NCBI GenBank assembly: GCA_963766295.1
Contig: CAVXYW010000001.1
Location: forward strand, 4,364-68,363
Origin: an uncultured Actinomycetes bacterium
Lineage (GTDB): Bacteria > Actinomycetota > JAICYB01
Direction of reading: 5' to 3'
DNA: 64,000 nucleotides
Positions 45,517 to 55,016 of the stretch are shown here, one piece after another. The notes beneath the pieces are model-generated. The model did not search any database. It saw only the letters and a program-made list of their open reading frames with translations, and was not told the DNA's origin. Position 1 is the first letter of the stretch, and each line of letters opens with the position of its first letter. The translations under genes and the position numbers were made by a program.

Positions 45517-45528
45517 GCACGACCCGCA

Positions 45529-48500
45529 TCACGGGTCGCAGCCACCCGGGCAGGTGACCTCCAATATCTCCGCGCTGAACGAATGGTCGAGGTCTCCTCC
45601 AGGGTTGCTCACCGCAAAGCCGCGGAATCCGTCGGGAGCATCGCCAGCAACATCAACCACCACGATGAGCCTGTCGTATTCGCCGTCCGGGAGCACGACG
45701 GACTTGGTCGTGATCCCCTCACCGAAGTCCACCCACGCATTAGAAGAGAAGTTCTCACCATGGACGACCATCACTTGATCGTTGGCGCCCTGCGTGATCG
45801 GCGATGGATTGACACCACTGATGCCGGCCTTGGGGCAGATCTCCTCCGAGATGTCGATCGGGAAGATATCGAACACGATGCGGGATCTGAACTCGATCCC
45901 TGCGGGACACGTGATCCGGCTGCCCTCTTCCGGACTATTCATCGAGTGACCGGTGCAGCTGGGCGGAGTAAGTATGGAGCACTCGACATTGACGCCCCAG
46001 TTCTGAGCCTTGAATCCCTCTGGCAGAACGATCTTAAGATCGTCCCAGTCATCAGGCGTCTCCTGGTTTACGACGGTGCCGTGTACGAGCCCGTTGGCCG
46101 TGTCGACACTTATCCGCTGGCAGTCCGGTTCGCAGGTGTCGTCGGTTTCAACGTGTGCGGCCAACTCCTTCTCGATGAACAGCGATGCGACTGTGCTCTC
46201 CCCTCCGCATCGGCCATCGTTGTTCACTGAGCCCGCGCAATGGAAGACCTCAACGTGTGTCGGTTCACCGCTTTTGAGCCCACCGGGCGTGATCTTGTAG
46301 GACGATTCGTCGATGGTCTTCTCGAAGTTGTTTGCACTGGCGCACTCGTTGTGATGCGGAGAGATACAAGCGACCAGCGTCTTCGGCATGTCCTCGATGG
46401 TTGCCCGGAGCAAAGCGAGTCCCGCGCCGGCGTTAGTCGAGAACTCTAGTCCCTTCCCTTCCGAAGGACTCGAGTAGGTCACCTCCGTCTTGGTGCTGCT
46501 GCCGGGATGAGTCTTGCCAGTAGTGCCGCGGATGTCGCGGTGGATCCTTATGTCTATATCTGCAGGCGGCCTTTCGTAAACGGCTTTCATGAAAGAAATG
46601 TTGTCGAGCTTCGAGTTGTCTCGGGTTCGGCGCAGGAACATCAACGGCTCAGGCGTCCGGTTGCCCTGCTCAAAGATCGTATGGACGTGGATGTCCTCGG
46701 TGTTGAATTCCTTCGGGTCTCCGGCAGACTGCTTCCGAAAGTCCACGTGACGGAGATTGTTCGCCTGCGCGTAGATGGTCTCGAATTCCGAGTCGAAGTC
46801 GTCGATCAATACACCGTTGCGCCCATCGAGCAGGTCGCGCTTGTCCTCATCAGCGTCGGTGACGAGGAACTCGACTCGTCCGATGGCGAAGGGACCGGTG
46901 TCAAGACTGAAGCCCTTGTCGACCAAGAACTCGTCGCCACTTGTTTCCGTCGAACCCAGGACGAGGTCAACCTTGGGCGGGAGGTTAGTCAGCGTAGCGT
47001 CGATGTTGTGCGAACTTCCGATGATCGGGTCAGGGAAGTTGTGCGCGTGGGCGATGATCGTGCCGATCGCCTCGTTGGCCGTGTAGTGAACCTCTTTAGC
47101 GTCGCGGTTGTATGTGAGGTCGACACTGCTCGGGAGATCATCGATGTCCGCTTCGATTCGCTGGGTTTGAATAGGCGATCCAGCTTCCTGAGTCTGCGTG
47201 AACGTGCGGATGCCGAAGTCATCACCCGCGCTCTGGATGTCGATGTGGAGAGGATTCCCCCAACCCACCTCGGCCCCCGTGATACCGCCGATATGCACCT
47301 CGGCCAGGTACGGCTCACCATCGTCGAGGCGGTCGATCAGATGAATGCCATCCTCGTCTGCAGAAACGCAGGGGATGCAGCTATCTAGATCCGAGCCGAT
47401 ACGAGCGTCCAGGCGCCCGAGCGGTGGGCCGGTGATGACTGCCGTCATCTCCTTACTCACGTCATCGAGGTTGACGACGATGTGCGTTGGCAGGTCGGTG
47501 AGCGTGACTTGCAGTTCCTTCGCGTCGTTGAATAGCGGCGTCGAACTCGTCACGTCCAGCGTGAGCTCCCCGAGCACCGACAACGAGTCGTAGGTCAAAC
47601 GCGAGGCCGTGCTCTCGTCATCGATCCCGCCTGGGAGGCCCGGGCCGCCGGGGGCGAAGCCGAGGACGCCATCGTCACTACTGACCCCTCCGACTGGAGG
47701 GAAGTACTTCACGTGAGCGGTCTCCGGCAGGTTCGTCATCACGCCATCGATCGTCAGCTGCTGCACGACCGGCAAATTGTCGACGACCGAGTTGCGGGCG
47801 ATCTGCGCGTCGATCGTGAACAGCGCCTCGGTGTGCTCAATGTCCACCGAGATGGGCGCGCCCCATCCCAGGCTCGCGCTCTTGACCTCGGACGCGCGCA
47901 AGAACACCTCGTAGGGTTGGACAGTAGACGACACGCTCTCGCCTGGAGGGATTGGGTCGAAGAACAACAGGCCATCGCCCGATGGGATCTCATTCTCAGG
48001 TCCGTTGGTCAGAAGTAGCTCGACCTGACCCACTTTTCCGCCCGTCATCGTGATGTCGAACGTCTTATTACCGGCGTTCATTACCGTTCCGAGGCCGGTT
48101 GGAACGTCCGTTGCTTCCAGGTGTGCCTTGGTCGCCCGTCCCATGATGAACTTGGTTGAGGTGAGGTCGAAGATCACCGAGGCGATCTTGTCGGACCCTC
48201 GGTACACCGCAGCCTGCTTGTCCTTCTCATAACTGAGGAAGACAGTCTCGGGCAGATCACGGAGCTTCCCGATGACATTGGCGTCCGGTGTCGAGATCGA
48301 CACGTCGAATGGTCCGGGGGTGTGTTTGAGATCGACGCTCATCACGTCGCCCCAGCCCACAGCCGAGGAGCCAACTCCGAGCAGGTGCAGATCGGCCACT
48401 GTTGCGTTGTCGGTCAAGCTGGCGCTCAGATACTGGATCGGGTCGGACGGCGGTGCAGGGAGATCCGCGCCTGGCGTGAACTTCGCGAAGCGGATGGTCG

Positions 48501-49581
48501 CCTCGCCGATCTTTCCTGTGGTGGTGAACTTGGCGTTAGTTGCGGTGTCCTTCGCGAAGCTCGCCGCTGTCGGTAGGTCCACTAGATGTGCGTTCACATG
48601 CGTGGTGTCCTCGCCGGCCGTCAACGATGTGACGTCTACCTTTGTGTCGTGGATGGGAGCCGAAGTTGCGTAGGTAACACCCGCCGCGCTGAAGGTTAGG
48701 TCGGTCGTTGGTGGGAGGTTCGCCAGCCCGACGAGGGCCGTCGTCTTCTTCGCGCCGGCTTCGTTCAGGAACGCCAGGCCGAGCTCGCTGGGTGTGGGCG
48801 TTGTGATGTGCGCCTTATATGTCGAGTTCCCGAGAATGTCGATGATCGCCTGCAGCTTCGATGGCACCGGCGCGAACTTGGCGGCAACCTGAGTCGGATC
48901 CACTACGGCGGTGCCGACCTTGTTGAATGCAGCGCCGAGGATCGTGAGGTCGGAACCCGCTCCGGTTGGGAACGCGTCGACGGAAAGTCGTGTCGGTGCC
49001 GATGAGACCTGCGTCCGGAAAATCAAAGGAGTCTTCGTGTTGCATGCGTTGAACCCAAACGCCACACGGCTCGGGTCGGCGGATCCGTTCGGTGCAAGAA
49101 CCGCTTGGACCTGCGCTGGGAAGGCTCCCAGACCGATCTTGGTCACGAGCATCGTGAGGTTGGTCGTGTTAGTTACGCCCGGGATCGGCGGAATCGGTGC
49201 GACGAGTACCGTCGCGTCCGGCAATGCCGAGCCTCCGAGGTCCACCGGAGTCGGGATCGCATAGCGCGCCCTAACGACCTTGCTCGTGGCGCAGCCTGAT
49301 CCGCCCAACGTGTGGATCTCATACGAAACAGGATCGAGCGCCTGATTTAGTTGACCCACAAGCGGCGCAAGGCTCGGCAGTGACACCTTGAGATCGGCTT
49401 TCACCGCTGGTGTTTCGCTCGACCCAATGAAAAGACTGATGGATATGGTGAGCGCCATCGCTGTGGCTGCTGCCACTACCAGGACGATCACACTGGCAAC
49501 GACAACGCCCCCGCGCGTTCGTAGCCGCCGACGTATGCCTGAGCCAAGAGCTGAATCAAAAGAACCTGCGGATCGCCGCAC
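45529..49581 (-). CDS. 1350-aa N-terminally anchored extracellular protein with unrecognised ~190-aa repeats, a Cys-rich region and a C-terminal IPT/TIG-like domain
   Basis: GTG 49581 lies 4 nt after AAGGGAG. A TM (VVVASVIVLVVAAATAMAL) follows. The recurring pattern is GWG..(I/V)..D(I/L).H....F followed by (D/N)LP..V.L.Y. The C-terminus reads ISGVNPSPITQGANDQVMVVHGENFSSNAWVDFGEG...FAVSNPGGD. Confidence 0.8.
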   Translation of the reverse strand: MRRSAGSFDSALGSGIRRRLRTRGGVVVASVIVLVVAAATAMALTISISLFIGSSETPAVKADLKVSLPSLAPLVGQLNQALDPVSYEIHTLGGSGCATSKVVRARYAIPTPVDLGGSALPDATVLVAPIPPIPGVTNTTNLTMLVTKIGLGAFPAQVQAVLAPNGSADPSRVAFGFNACNTKTPLIFRTQVSSAPTRLSVDAFPTGAGSDLTILGAAFNKVGTAVVDPTQVAAKFAPVPSKLQAIIDILGNSTYKAHITTPTPSELGLAFLNEAGAKKTTALVGLANLPPTTDLTFSAAGVTYATSAPIHDTKVDVTSLTAGEDTTHVNAHLVDLPTAASFAKDTATNAKFTTTGKIGEATIRFAKFTPGADLPAPPSDPIQYLSASLTDNATVADLHLLGVGSSAVGWGDVMSVDLKHTPGPFDVSISTPDANVIGKLRDLPETVFLSYEKDKQAAVYRGSDKIASVIFDLTSTKFIMGRATKAHLEATDVPTGLGTVMNAGNKTFDITMTGGKVGQVELLLTNGPENEIPSGDGLLFFDPIPPGESVSSTVQPYEVFLRASEVKSASLGWGAPISVDIEHTEALFTIDAQIARNSVVDNLPVVQQLTIDGVMTNLPETAHVKYFPPVGGVSSDDGVLGFAPGGPGLPGGIDDESTASRLTYDSLSVLGELTLDVTSSTPLFNDAKELQVTLTDLPTHIVVNLDDVSKEMTAVITGPPLGRLDARIGSDLDSCIPCVSADEDGIHLIDRLDDGEPYLAEVHIGGITGAEVGWGNPLHIDIQSAGDDFGIRTFTQTQEAGSPIQTQRIEADIDDLPSSVDLTYNRDAKEVHYTANEAIGTIIAHAHNFPDPIIGSSHNIDATLTNLPPKVDLVLGSTETSGDEFLVDKGFSLDTGPFAIGRVEFLVTDADEDKRDLLDGRNGVLIDDFDSEFETIYAQANNLRHVDFRKQSAGDPKEFNTEDIHVHTIFEQGNRTPEPLMFLRRTRDNSKLDNISFMKAVYERPPADIDIRIHRDIRGTTGKTHPGSSTKTEVTYSSPSEGKGLEFSTNAGAGLALLRATIEDMPKTLVACISPHHNECASANNFEKTIDESSYKITPGGLKSGEPTHVEVFHCAGSVNNDGRCGGESTVASLFIEKELAAHVETDDTCEPDCQRISVDTANGLVHGTVVNQETPDDWDDLKIVLPEGFKAQNWGVNVECSILTPPSCTGHSMNSPEEGSRITCPAGIEFRSRIVFDIFPIDISEEICPKAGISGVNPSPITQGANDQVMVVHGENFSSNAWVDFGEGITTKSVVLPDGEYDRLIVVVDVAGDAPDGFRGFAVSNPGGDLDHSFSAEILEVTCPGGCDP

Positions 49582-49776
49582 TGTGCTCCCTTCCGCGCTC
49601 GCCGCGATACGGCGCGCGAACGGGACAGAAACACGCGCAGGCCCTTGGGTGGTCTCTGCGGTCTTTGCTCCCTGACTGAACGTCAGGGAGCGTGCGGCCC
49701 TTCTGTCTCGCTACTGAGCACAGCGTATACCGATCGCCGGCGGTGTCTATGCCGTTCGGCACACTCAAAAGTCGAA

Positions 49777-51684
49777 CTAGCCGACCGAGTCGAGACCTTC
49801 CGTCAAGCGCTCCCAGTCCGACTCGAGCTGCGCGATCCTGCGTTCGGACTCCTGCAGCGCTTTCGCGGCGTTCTTCGACTGCGGCCCACCGGACGAGTAG
49901 GTCTTCACGTCCGCGAGCAACGCGGTTAACCGGTCCCTTTCCGTGTGCGCGGCGTTGATGTCCGCTTCGACCTTTCGCACGGCCGCGCGGCGACGACGCA
50001 TCTCTGCCTTGTCGACGCGGATCGGTTTCATGCCGTTGACGACCTTCGGCTTCACCGGCACGCTCTCAGACTGCTGTTCCTGCTCCTTCTTCCACAGATA
50101 GTCCTCGTAGTCGCCGACGAACCGTCGCGGCACCCCGGACGTCACCTCGACGATGTGGTCCGCGATGCTGCGGATGAGGTGACGGTCGTGCGTCACCAGC
50201 ACGATCGTCCCCGTGTATTGGACGAGCGCGTCTTCCAAGCGATCTCGGCTCGCGATGTCGAGGTGGTTGGTCGGCTCGTCCAAGCACAGGAAGTTGACCG
50301 GCTGGACAAGCAGCTTCGCCAGCGCGAGGCGCGTCCTTTCACCTCCGGACAGCACCGACACCGGTTTCTCGGTGTCGTCTCCGGAGAACAGGAACCGGCC
50401 GAGGAGATCGCGAGCCTTCACATCCGCGCTCGGCGGGATCGAACGCTGCAGCTCCTCGATCACGCGGTTGGACGGATCGAGCGCTTCGATCTGGTGCTGC
50501 GCGAAGTAGCCGAGTGAAACATTGTGTCCGAGCTCGCGCGATCCGCCCGTGGGTACGAGGGCACCGGCCAGCAGCTTGAGCAACGTCGTCTTCCCTGCGC
50601 CGTTCGGCCCGACGAGCGCGATCTTCTGCGCGCGCTCGATCACGAGATCGAGGCTTTCGTAGACTGGGATCGACGGCTCGTAGGCGAAGTCGACCTTGTC
50701 GAGCGTGAGCACAGTCTGTCCGGACCGCGGCGGCGGCGGGAACCCGAGCCTCATCGTCTTGCGTCCCTTGACCGGCGCTTCGATGCGCTCGACCTTGTCG
50801 AGCATCTTGACGCGGCTCTGGACCTGTCGCGCCTTCGACGACTTGTAACGGAACCGCTCGATGAAGCGCTCCGTCCGCTGGATCTTCTTCGCCTGGTTCC
50901 GCGCCGCGGCCTCCTGCTGTGCGATCTCGAGCTCACGCGCCTTAACGAAAGCCTCGTAGTCGCCCGTGTACGGATTGAGCTTCGCGTCCCGTATCTCAAC
51001 AACGCGCGTCGCCAGGACGTTCATGAAGTCACGGTCGTGGGAGACGAGAAGGATGGCGCCCTCGTAGGCGAGAAGGAACCGTTCTAGCCACTTCATCGAC
51101 TCGAGGTCGAGGTGGTTGGTGGGCTCGTCCAGGAGCAGGGCGTCGGGCGCAGCCAGTAGCAGCTTGGCCAGCGCGACGCGCATCAGCCAGCCTCCGGACA
51201 ACGAGTCCGTGGGTCGCGACAGGTCCTTCGCCTTGAACGCGAGACCGCTCAGGATCCGCTTCGCTTGGGCCTCGAGGGAGTACCCGCCGAGCTCATCGAA
51301 GCGCTCCTGCAGACGCGTGAACTCGGCGAGCAGCGCGGCATGTTCGTCCTGATCGGTGGTCTCGGCGAGGTCTCGCTCGACGATCTCGAGGCGATGTCCG
51401 GCTTGCGACATCGCGGCCCCCGCCGAGACGACCTCCGTGAGGATGTCGCGTCCACGCAGCGCATCGGTCTCCTGTGGGAGGTAGCCGACAACGACGTCGG
51501 CGGGCCTGTCGATCATGCCCTCGTCGGGGGCCTGAGCTCCCGTGATCATCTCGAGCAGGGTGGTCTTGCCCGAGCCATTCGGACCGACCAGGGCGATGCG
51601 GTCGCGGGCACCCAGGCGGAAGCCGGTGTCGCGCAAAAGGTCGCGCGCACCGAAGGACTTCCGGACGTTGGAGAGTGTGATCAC
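49777..51684 (-). CDS. ABC-F family ATPase (two NBDs, C-terminal coiled coil)
   Basis: GPNGSGKTTLLE and [12 protein letters not shown], two LSGG signatures, and no TM segment. Confidence 0.9.
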   Translation of the reverse strand: MITLSNVRKSFGARDLLRDTGFRLGARDRIALVGPNGSGKTTLLEMITGAQAPDEGMIDRPADVVVGYLPQETDALRGRDILTEVVSAGAAMSQAGHRLEIVERDLAETTDQDEHAALLAEFTRLQERFDELGGYSLEAQAKRILSGLAFKAKDLSRPTDSLSGGWLMRVALAKLLLAAPDALLLDEPTNHLDLESMKWLERFLLAYEGAILLVSHDRDFMNVLATRVVEIRDAKLNPYTGDYEAFVKARELEIAQQEAAARNQAKKIQRTERFIERFRYKSSKARQVQSRVKMLDKVERIEAPVKGRKTMRLGFPPPPRSGQTVLTLDKVDFAYEPSIPVYESLDLVIERAQKIALVGPNGAGKTTLLKLLAGALVPTGGSRELGHNVSLGYFAQHQIEALDPSNRVIEELQRSIPPSADVKARDLLGRFLFSGDDTEKPVSVLSGGERTRLALAKLLVQPVNFLCLDEPTNHLDIASRDRLEDALVQYTGTIVLVTHDRHLIRSIADHIVEVTSGVPRRFVGDYEDYLWKKEQEQQSESVPVKPKVVNGMKPIRVDKAEMRRRRAAVRKVEADINAAHTERDRLTALLADVKTYSSGGPQSKNAAKALQESERRIAQLESDWERLTEGLDSVG

Positions 51685-51747
51685 GACCGACGAGCGTAGC
51701 GCGGACCGGCCCGGGTGTAGACCAGCGCCGGCTGAACTCCGCTCGGG

Positions 51748-53239
51748 CTACGCGCAGCCGCGGCCGCGCATGTCCGCGGACGACGACGCTCCGCGCTCGA
51801 GCCAGTACGCGGACCGGTGATAGAAGGACAGAAGGTTCGCGACGCACTTTCCTTCGATCCTGTAGGGCACGTTGCCGGCTCGCGGGTTGGCCGGGTCGGC
51901 GGCGGCCGCGCCCGCGTCGAAAGTTCCGGCGCCGATGGAGTAGCCGTCGGCCGATCCGTCGAAGGTCAGTTGCGTGAGGCGCCGGGTCGCCGACGTGTCC
52001 TGCTTGAGGTAGCGGTCGAACCAGGCCACAGAGAGGTGCAAAGACGTCTGCTCGCCGTACCGGCTCGCCGGGAACGACGCCGGGAAGGGCTGGTAGCCCC
52101 ATTCGTAGTGCGTACTAGCCCGGGGCGTCACTGACATCGTGTCGATCCCGGCTCCCATGAGCTGGGTGAACGCCCCCAGGTGCCCGGCCCCGTCGGGGGC
52201 CGAGTCCGGGCTCTTCGGGAAGCGGTGGCTCGGGGAACGCGTAGTCGGTCGAGAAGAACAGCGTCGGTGCGTGGGCGGAAGCGATCTCCGCATCGGCGTA
52301 CCGCTCGTCGAAGTTGTCGTAGGCGATCACAGCCTTCACGCGCCGGTCCCGCTGACCGATCCCGGTGGCAGCGATGGCACCAAGCGAATGGCCAGCGATG
52401 CCGACACGCTGCCGGTCGAGCGACGACCAAATCGGGTTGAACAACAGCGTGCCTTCCGCGTTGGCGCCCGTCGCCCACGGATGAGGCGAGCTCGGGGTGG
52501 AGAAGAAGAAGTCGATAGCCGACTCGAAGCCGGGCTCGTTCTCGAGCGGCATCGCGCCGCACCCGATGTCGGCGCAATCGATCGAGCCATCTCGGTTGTG
52601 CGAGAAGGTTTCCGAGTCACCCTGCCCCTGCGGGTCGATGATCATCACGATGTAGCCGGCCTCGGCCATGCTCTCCGCGAACCACAGGTTCACCTCGTTG
52701 AACGAGAAAAGACCGGGCGAGAAAACGATCCCGGGCCGGCTCGCCGGCGACGCGCTCGGGTTGGGCGAGAAGAGCCGCGCGTACAGTTTCGCGCCGGTCT
52801 TCGAGGTGAACTGGAATCGCTGCGTTTGGCCCCGGCCCGCGGCCTCCCAATCGGACGGCGAGCGGAACGGATCGGTGACCTTGGCGGGCGGCAACCGGGT
52901 TGGGTTGAGCCGCGGACGCGTCGGCTCTGCGAGCAGCTCGGCAAGCTGGGCCGGCAGCACGCCGGCGGCCTCGGCGTTCTCGGCGGCCCAGGTCCGCAGG
53001 AAGGCCGGGTTGGACAGCTCGTCGTACTGACGCTGGTAACCGCATGCGACGTTGCCGAGGTCCCGGAGCATCCAGGCCGCCAGGTCCGCCGGGTCGACGT
53101 CCGGCACGGGAGCCTCGCAGGCAAACGGCTCCGGCGGCGGCGGGACGGCGGCTCTTGCCGGTGCGAGGCTCACCGAAGTGACGAAGGCCAGCAGTGCCGC
53201 CGTGATGCAAGCAGCGCGGTGCCTCATCCGTTTCCCCAT
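51748..53239 (-). pseudogene. secreted alpha/beta (serine) hydrolase, split by one frame shift near 52213-52240 (or an assembly indel)
   Basis: A signal peptide (MRHRAACITAALLAFVTSVSLAPARA) and the GIAGHSLGA elbow lie in track ORF 52115-53443, which degenerates after TLFFSTDYAFPE. The continuation (FPKSPDSAPDGAGHLGAFTQLMGAGIDTM...HYEWGYQPF...WFDRYLKQD) is in track ORF 51748-52293, in another frame. Confidence 0.6.
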
Positions 53240-53325
53240 CCCCGCCGTCGTGTGCAGCTCCTTTCTTGTACACGATGATCGGGATGCGGGGCCGGTCAGC
53301 CGATAAGACCGAAGCGCGGCTGGCC

Positions 53326-53387
53326 CTCCTACGATGCATCGGACGCCCTCGTAGCTCAGGGGATAGAGCACCGGTTTCCTAATCCGG
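53326..53387 (+). repeat. 62-bp direct repeat, copy 1 (upstream region plus 5' half of tRNA-Arg)
   Basis: Aligns by hand to 54955-55016 with 5 mismatches in 62 nt. The 33-nt core tagctcaggggatagagcaccggtttcctaa is identical. Confidence 0.85.
53345..53387 (+). pseudogene. truncated tRNA-Arg(CCU): 5' half only
   Basis: The acceptor 5' strand, D arm and anticodon arm (ccggt-ttcctaa-tccgg) are present. No T arm or acceptor 3' strand follows; the next bases form an unrelated hairpin, cggttcg-gtg-cgaaccg. Confidence 0.75.
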
Positions 53388-53578
53388 TTCGGTGCGAACC
53401 GCTGACCTGCACGAACGCGAATCTGCGCAGTTCGCGACCGCAATTCGACTGACCGACAAGTACCGTCATTGACCGCAGTTGGCCGCTGCTACGGGCACGC
53501 GGAGAACACAAATTCTCCAACGGCATCTGACCATCGAGCGAACGACAAAGCGCCCGAACAAGGTCTGCCGCCTATCCT

Positions 53579-54940
53579 GTGGCCGGAGCCAGTTCACACG
53601 GTGGGGTGGAATTGGAAGTCAGGTACGCGAAGACACGGGACGGCGTGAAGGTCGCGTATTCACGGTTCGGTTCAGGTGTCCCGCTCCTCTTCGTCGGTGA
53701 TTGGTGGAGTCACGTCGAGCGCGACTGGGATCTTCCTCCCCTCGCTGCGGTCTACGAACGGGTCGCGTCCTTCGCCGACACGACGATCTTCGATCTCCGC
53801 GGCACGTCCCTCTCCGATCCGATCCCGGCGGGAAGCACACCGAGCTTCGACAACTGTCTGGACGACATGCTCGCCGTGCTGGACGCGACGGATCATCCGA
53901 ACGCTGCCATCTTCGGGTCGGCCGCCGGCGTCCAGCTCGCTCTGCTGTTCGCGGCGAGGCACCCCGAACGCGTGTCAGCTCTCATCCTGTGCAACGGATA
54001 CGCCAGATTCCTCCAGGCAGACGATTATCCGTGGGGCGTGCCGCCCAACTTCATGGATGTCATGCGCCAGGCCTTTGAGGACACATGGGGAACACTCGAT
54101 ATGGCGCGGATGAGCGGCCCGGGCGTCGATTGGACACCCCAGACGTTGGAAGCAGCAGCGGCGAATATCCGGGCGACGGCTTCACCGACGACCGCTGCCT
54201 CATACTTCCCGCTTCTGTACGAAAACGACGTCCGTCACCTCGTCCCGAGCGTCGGCACCCGCACGTTGCTCATGCATTCGGTCGCGAATCCGCTCATCCC
54301 GGTTCAGCACAGCCGCTACCTCGCGACGTACCTCGCCGATGCACGGCTCGTCGAACTCCCCGGCCGGGACTTCGCGTTCTGGGGTGAGGATCGGGACCGG
54401 ATCGTCGACGCCATGCAGGAATTCCTCACCGGCACGCAGCACTTAGAGGCTGCAACGCGGAGGCTCACAACCGTCCTCTTCAGCGACATCGCGAGCTCGA
54501 CCGACGAAGCGGTACGACGAGGCGACAGTCGGTGGGCCGAGCTGTTGGCGCATCACGACGCGATGGTGAAGAGCCAGCTCGACCGCCACCACGGGAAACA
54601 GGTCAAGCACACGGGTGACGGCATCATGGCCACCTTCGACGGCCCAACGCGCGCGTGTTTGTGCGGCCTGGCGCTCCGTGACGGAGCGCGGAAGATGGGA
54701 CTCGAGCTCCGGGTCGGCGTCCACACCGGAGAAGTCGAGGTTCGCGGCGCGGACATCGGTGGCATCGCGGTCCACGTCGCTGCACGCGTACAAGCACACG
54801 CCGAGCCCGGCGAGGTCCTTGCTTCCCGGACGATCCCCGACGTCGTCGCAGGATCGAGCATCCAGTTCGAGAGCAGGGGCGAACACGAACTCAAGGGCGT
54901 CCCAGGGAAATGGCTGCTCTACGCCGTCACCGACCGTTAG
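53579..54940 (+). CDS. alpha/beta-hydrolase-fold domain fused to class III adenylate/guanylate cyclase (LipJ/Rv1900c-like architecture)
   Basis: The N-terminal half is hydrolase-like (VRYAKTRDGVKVAYSRFGSG...IFGSAAGVQLALLFAARHPERVSALIL). The C-terminal half reads RRLTTVLFSDIASSTD...KHTGDGIMATFDGP...RVGVHTGEVE...GIAVHVAARV. The start is uncertain (53579 or 53606). Confidence 0.8.
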   Translation: MAGASSHGGVELEVRYAKTRDGVKVAYSRFGSGVPLLFVGDWWSHVERDWDLPPLAAVYERVASFADTTIFDLRGTSLSDPIPAGSTPSFDNCLDDMLAVLDATDHPNAAIFGSAAGVQLALLFAARHPERVSALILCNGYARFLQADDYPWGVPPNFMDVMRQAFEDTWGTLDMARMSGPGVDWTPQTLEAAAANIRATASPTTAASYFPLLYENDVRHLVPSVGTRTLLMHSVANPLIPVQHSRYLATYLADARLVELPGRDFAFWGEDRDRIVDAMQEFLTGTQHLEAATRRLTTVLFSDIASSTDEAVRRGDSRWAELLAHHDAMVKSQLDRHHGKQVKHTGDGIMATFDGPTRACLCGLALRDGARKMGLELRVGVHTGEVEVRGADIGGIAVHVAARVQAHAEPGEVLASRTIPDVVAGSSIQFESRGEHELKGVPGKWLLYAVTDR

Positions 54941-54954
54941 CCCAAGGGGCAGAC

Positions 54955-55016
54955 CTCGTACGATGCGTCGGTCGCCCCCGTAGCTCAGGGGATAGAGCAC
55001 CGGTTTCCTAAACCGG
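54955..55016 (+). repeat. 62-bp direct repeat, copy 2 (part of the intact tRNA-Arg and its upstream region)
   Basis: See copy 1. The two copies are offset by 1629 bp. Confidence 0.85.

Noticed and set aside
45520-45538. 7-bp hairpin cgacccg-catca-cgggtcg between the convergent carbonic anhydrase and giant genes
   Set aside because: It is short and overlaps the stop and last codons of the giant gene, with no T-tract on either side. It may contribute to termination but is not distinctive enough to annotate.
45529-49581. Giant protein as an Rhs/polymorphic toxin, RTX protein or mobile-element cargo
   Set aside because: There are no YD/Rhs repeats, no GGxGxD nonapeptides and no C-terminal toxin/immunity pair. 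There are no flanking repeats, tRNA or recombinase. Only the lower GC hints at foreign origin.
49667-49689. 9-bp hairpin ctccctgac-tgaac-gtcagggag downstream of the ABC-F gene as a terminator
   Set aside because: No U-tract follows on the minus strand. It lies in the 5' region of the giant gene, so it could equally be a UTR element. The evidence is too weak to call.
52115-55000. N-terminal extension of ORF 52115-53443 and ORF 54443-55000, both containing YPLSY
   Set aside because: The (L)YPLSY(E/G)G peptide is the well-known antisense translation of a tRNA D-arm/anticodon region. These parts are shadows of the tRNA-Arg fragment and the tRNA-Arg gene, not coding sequence.
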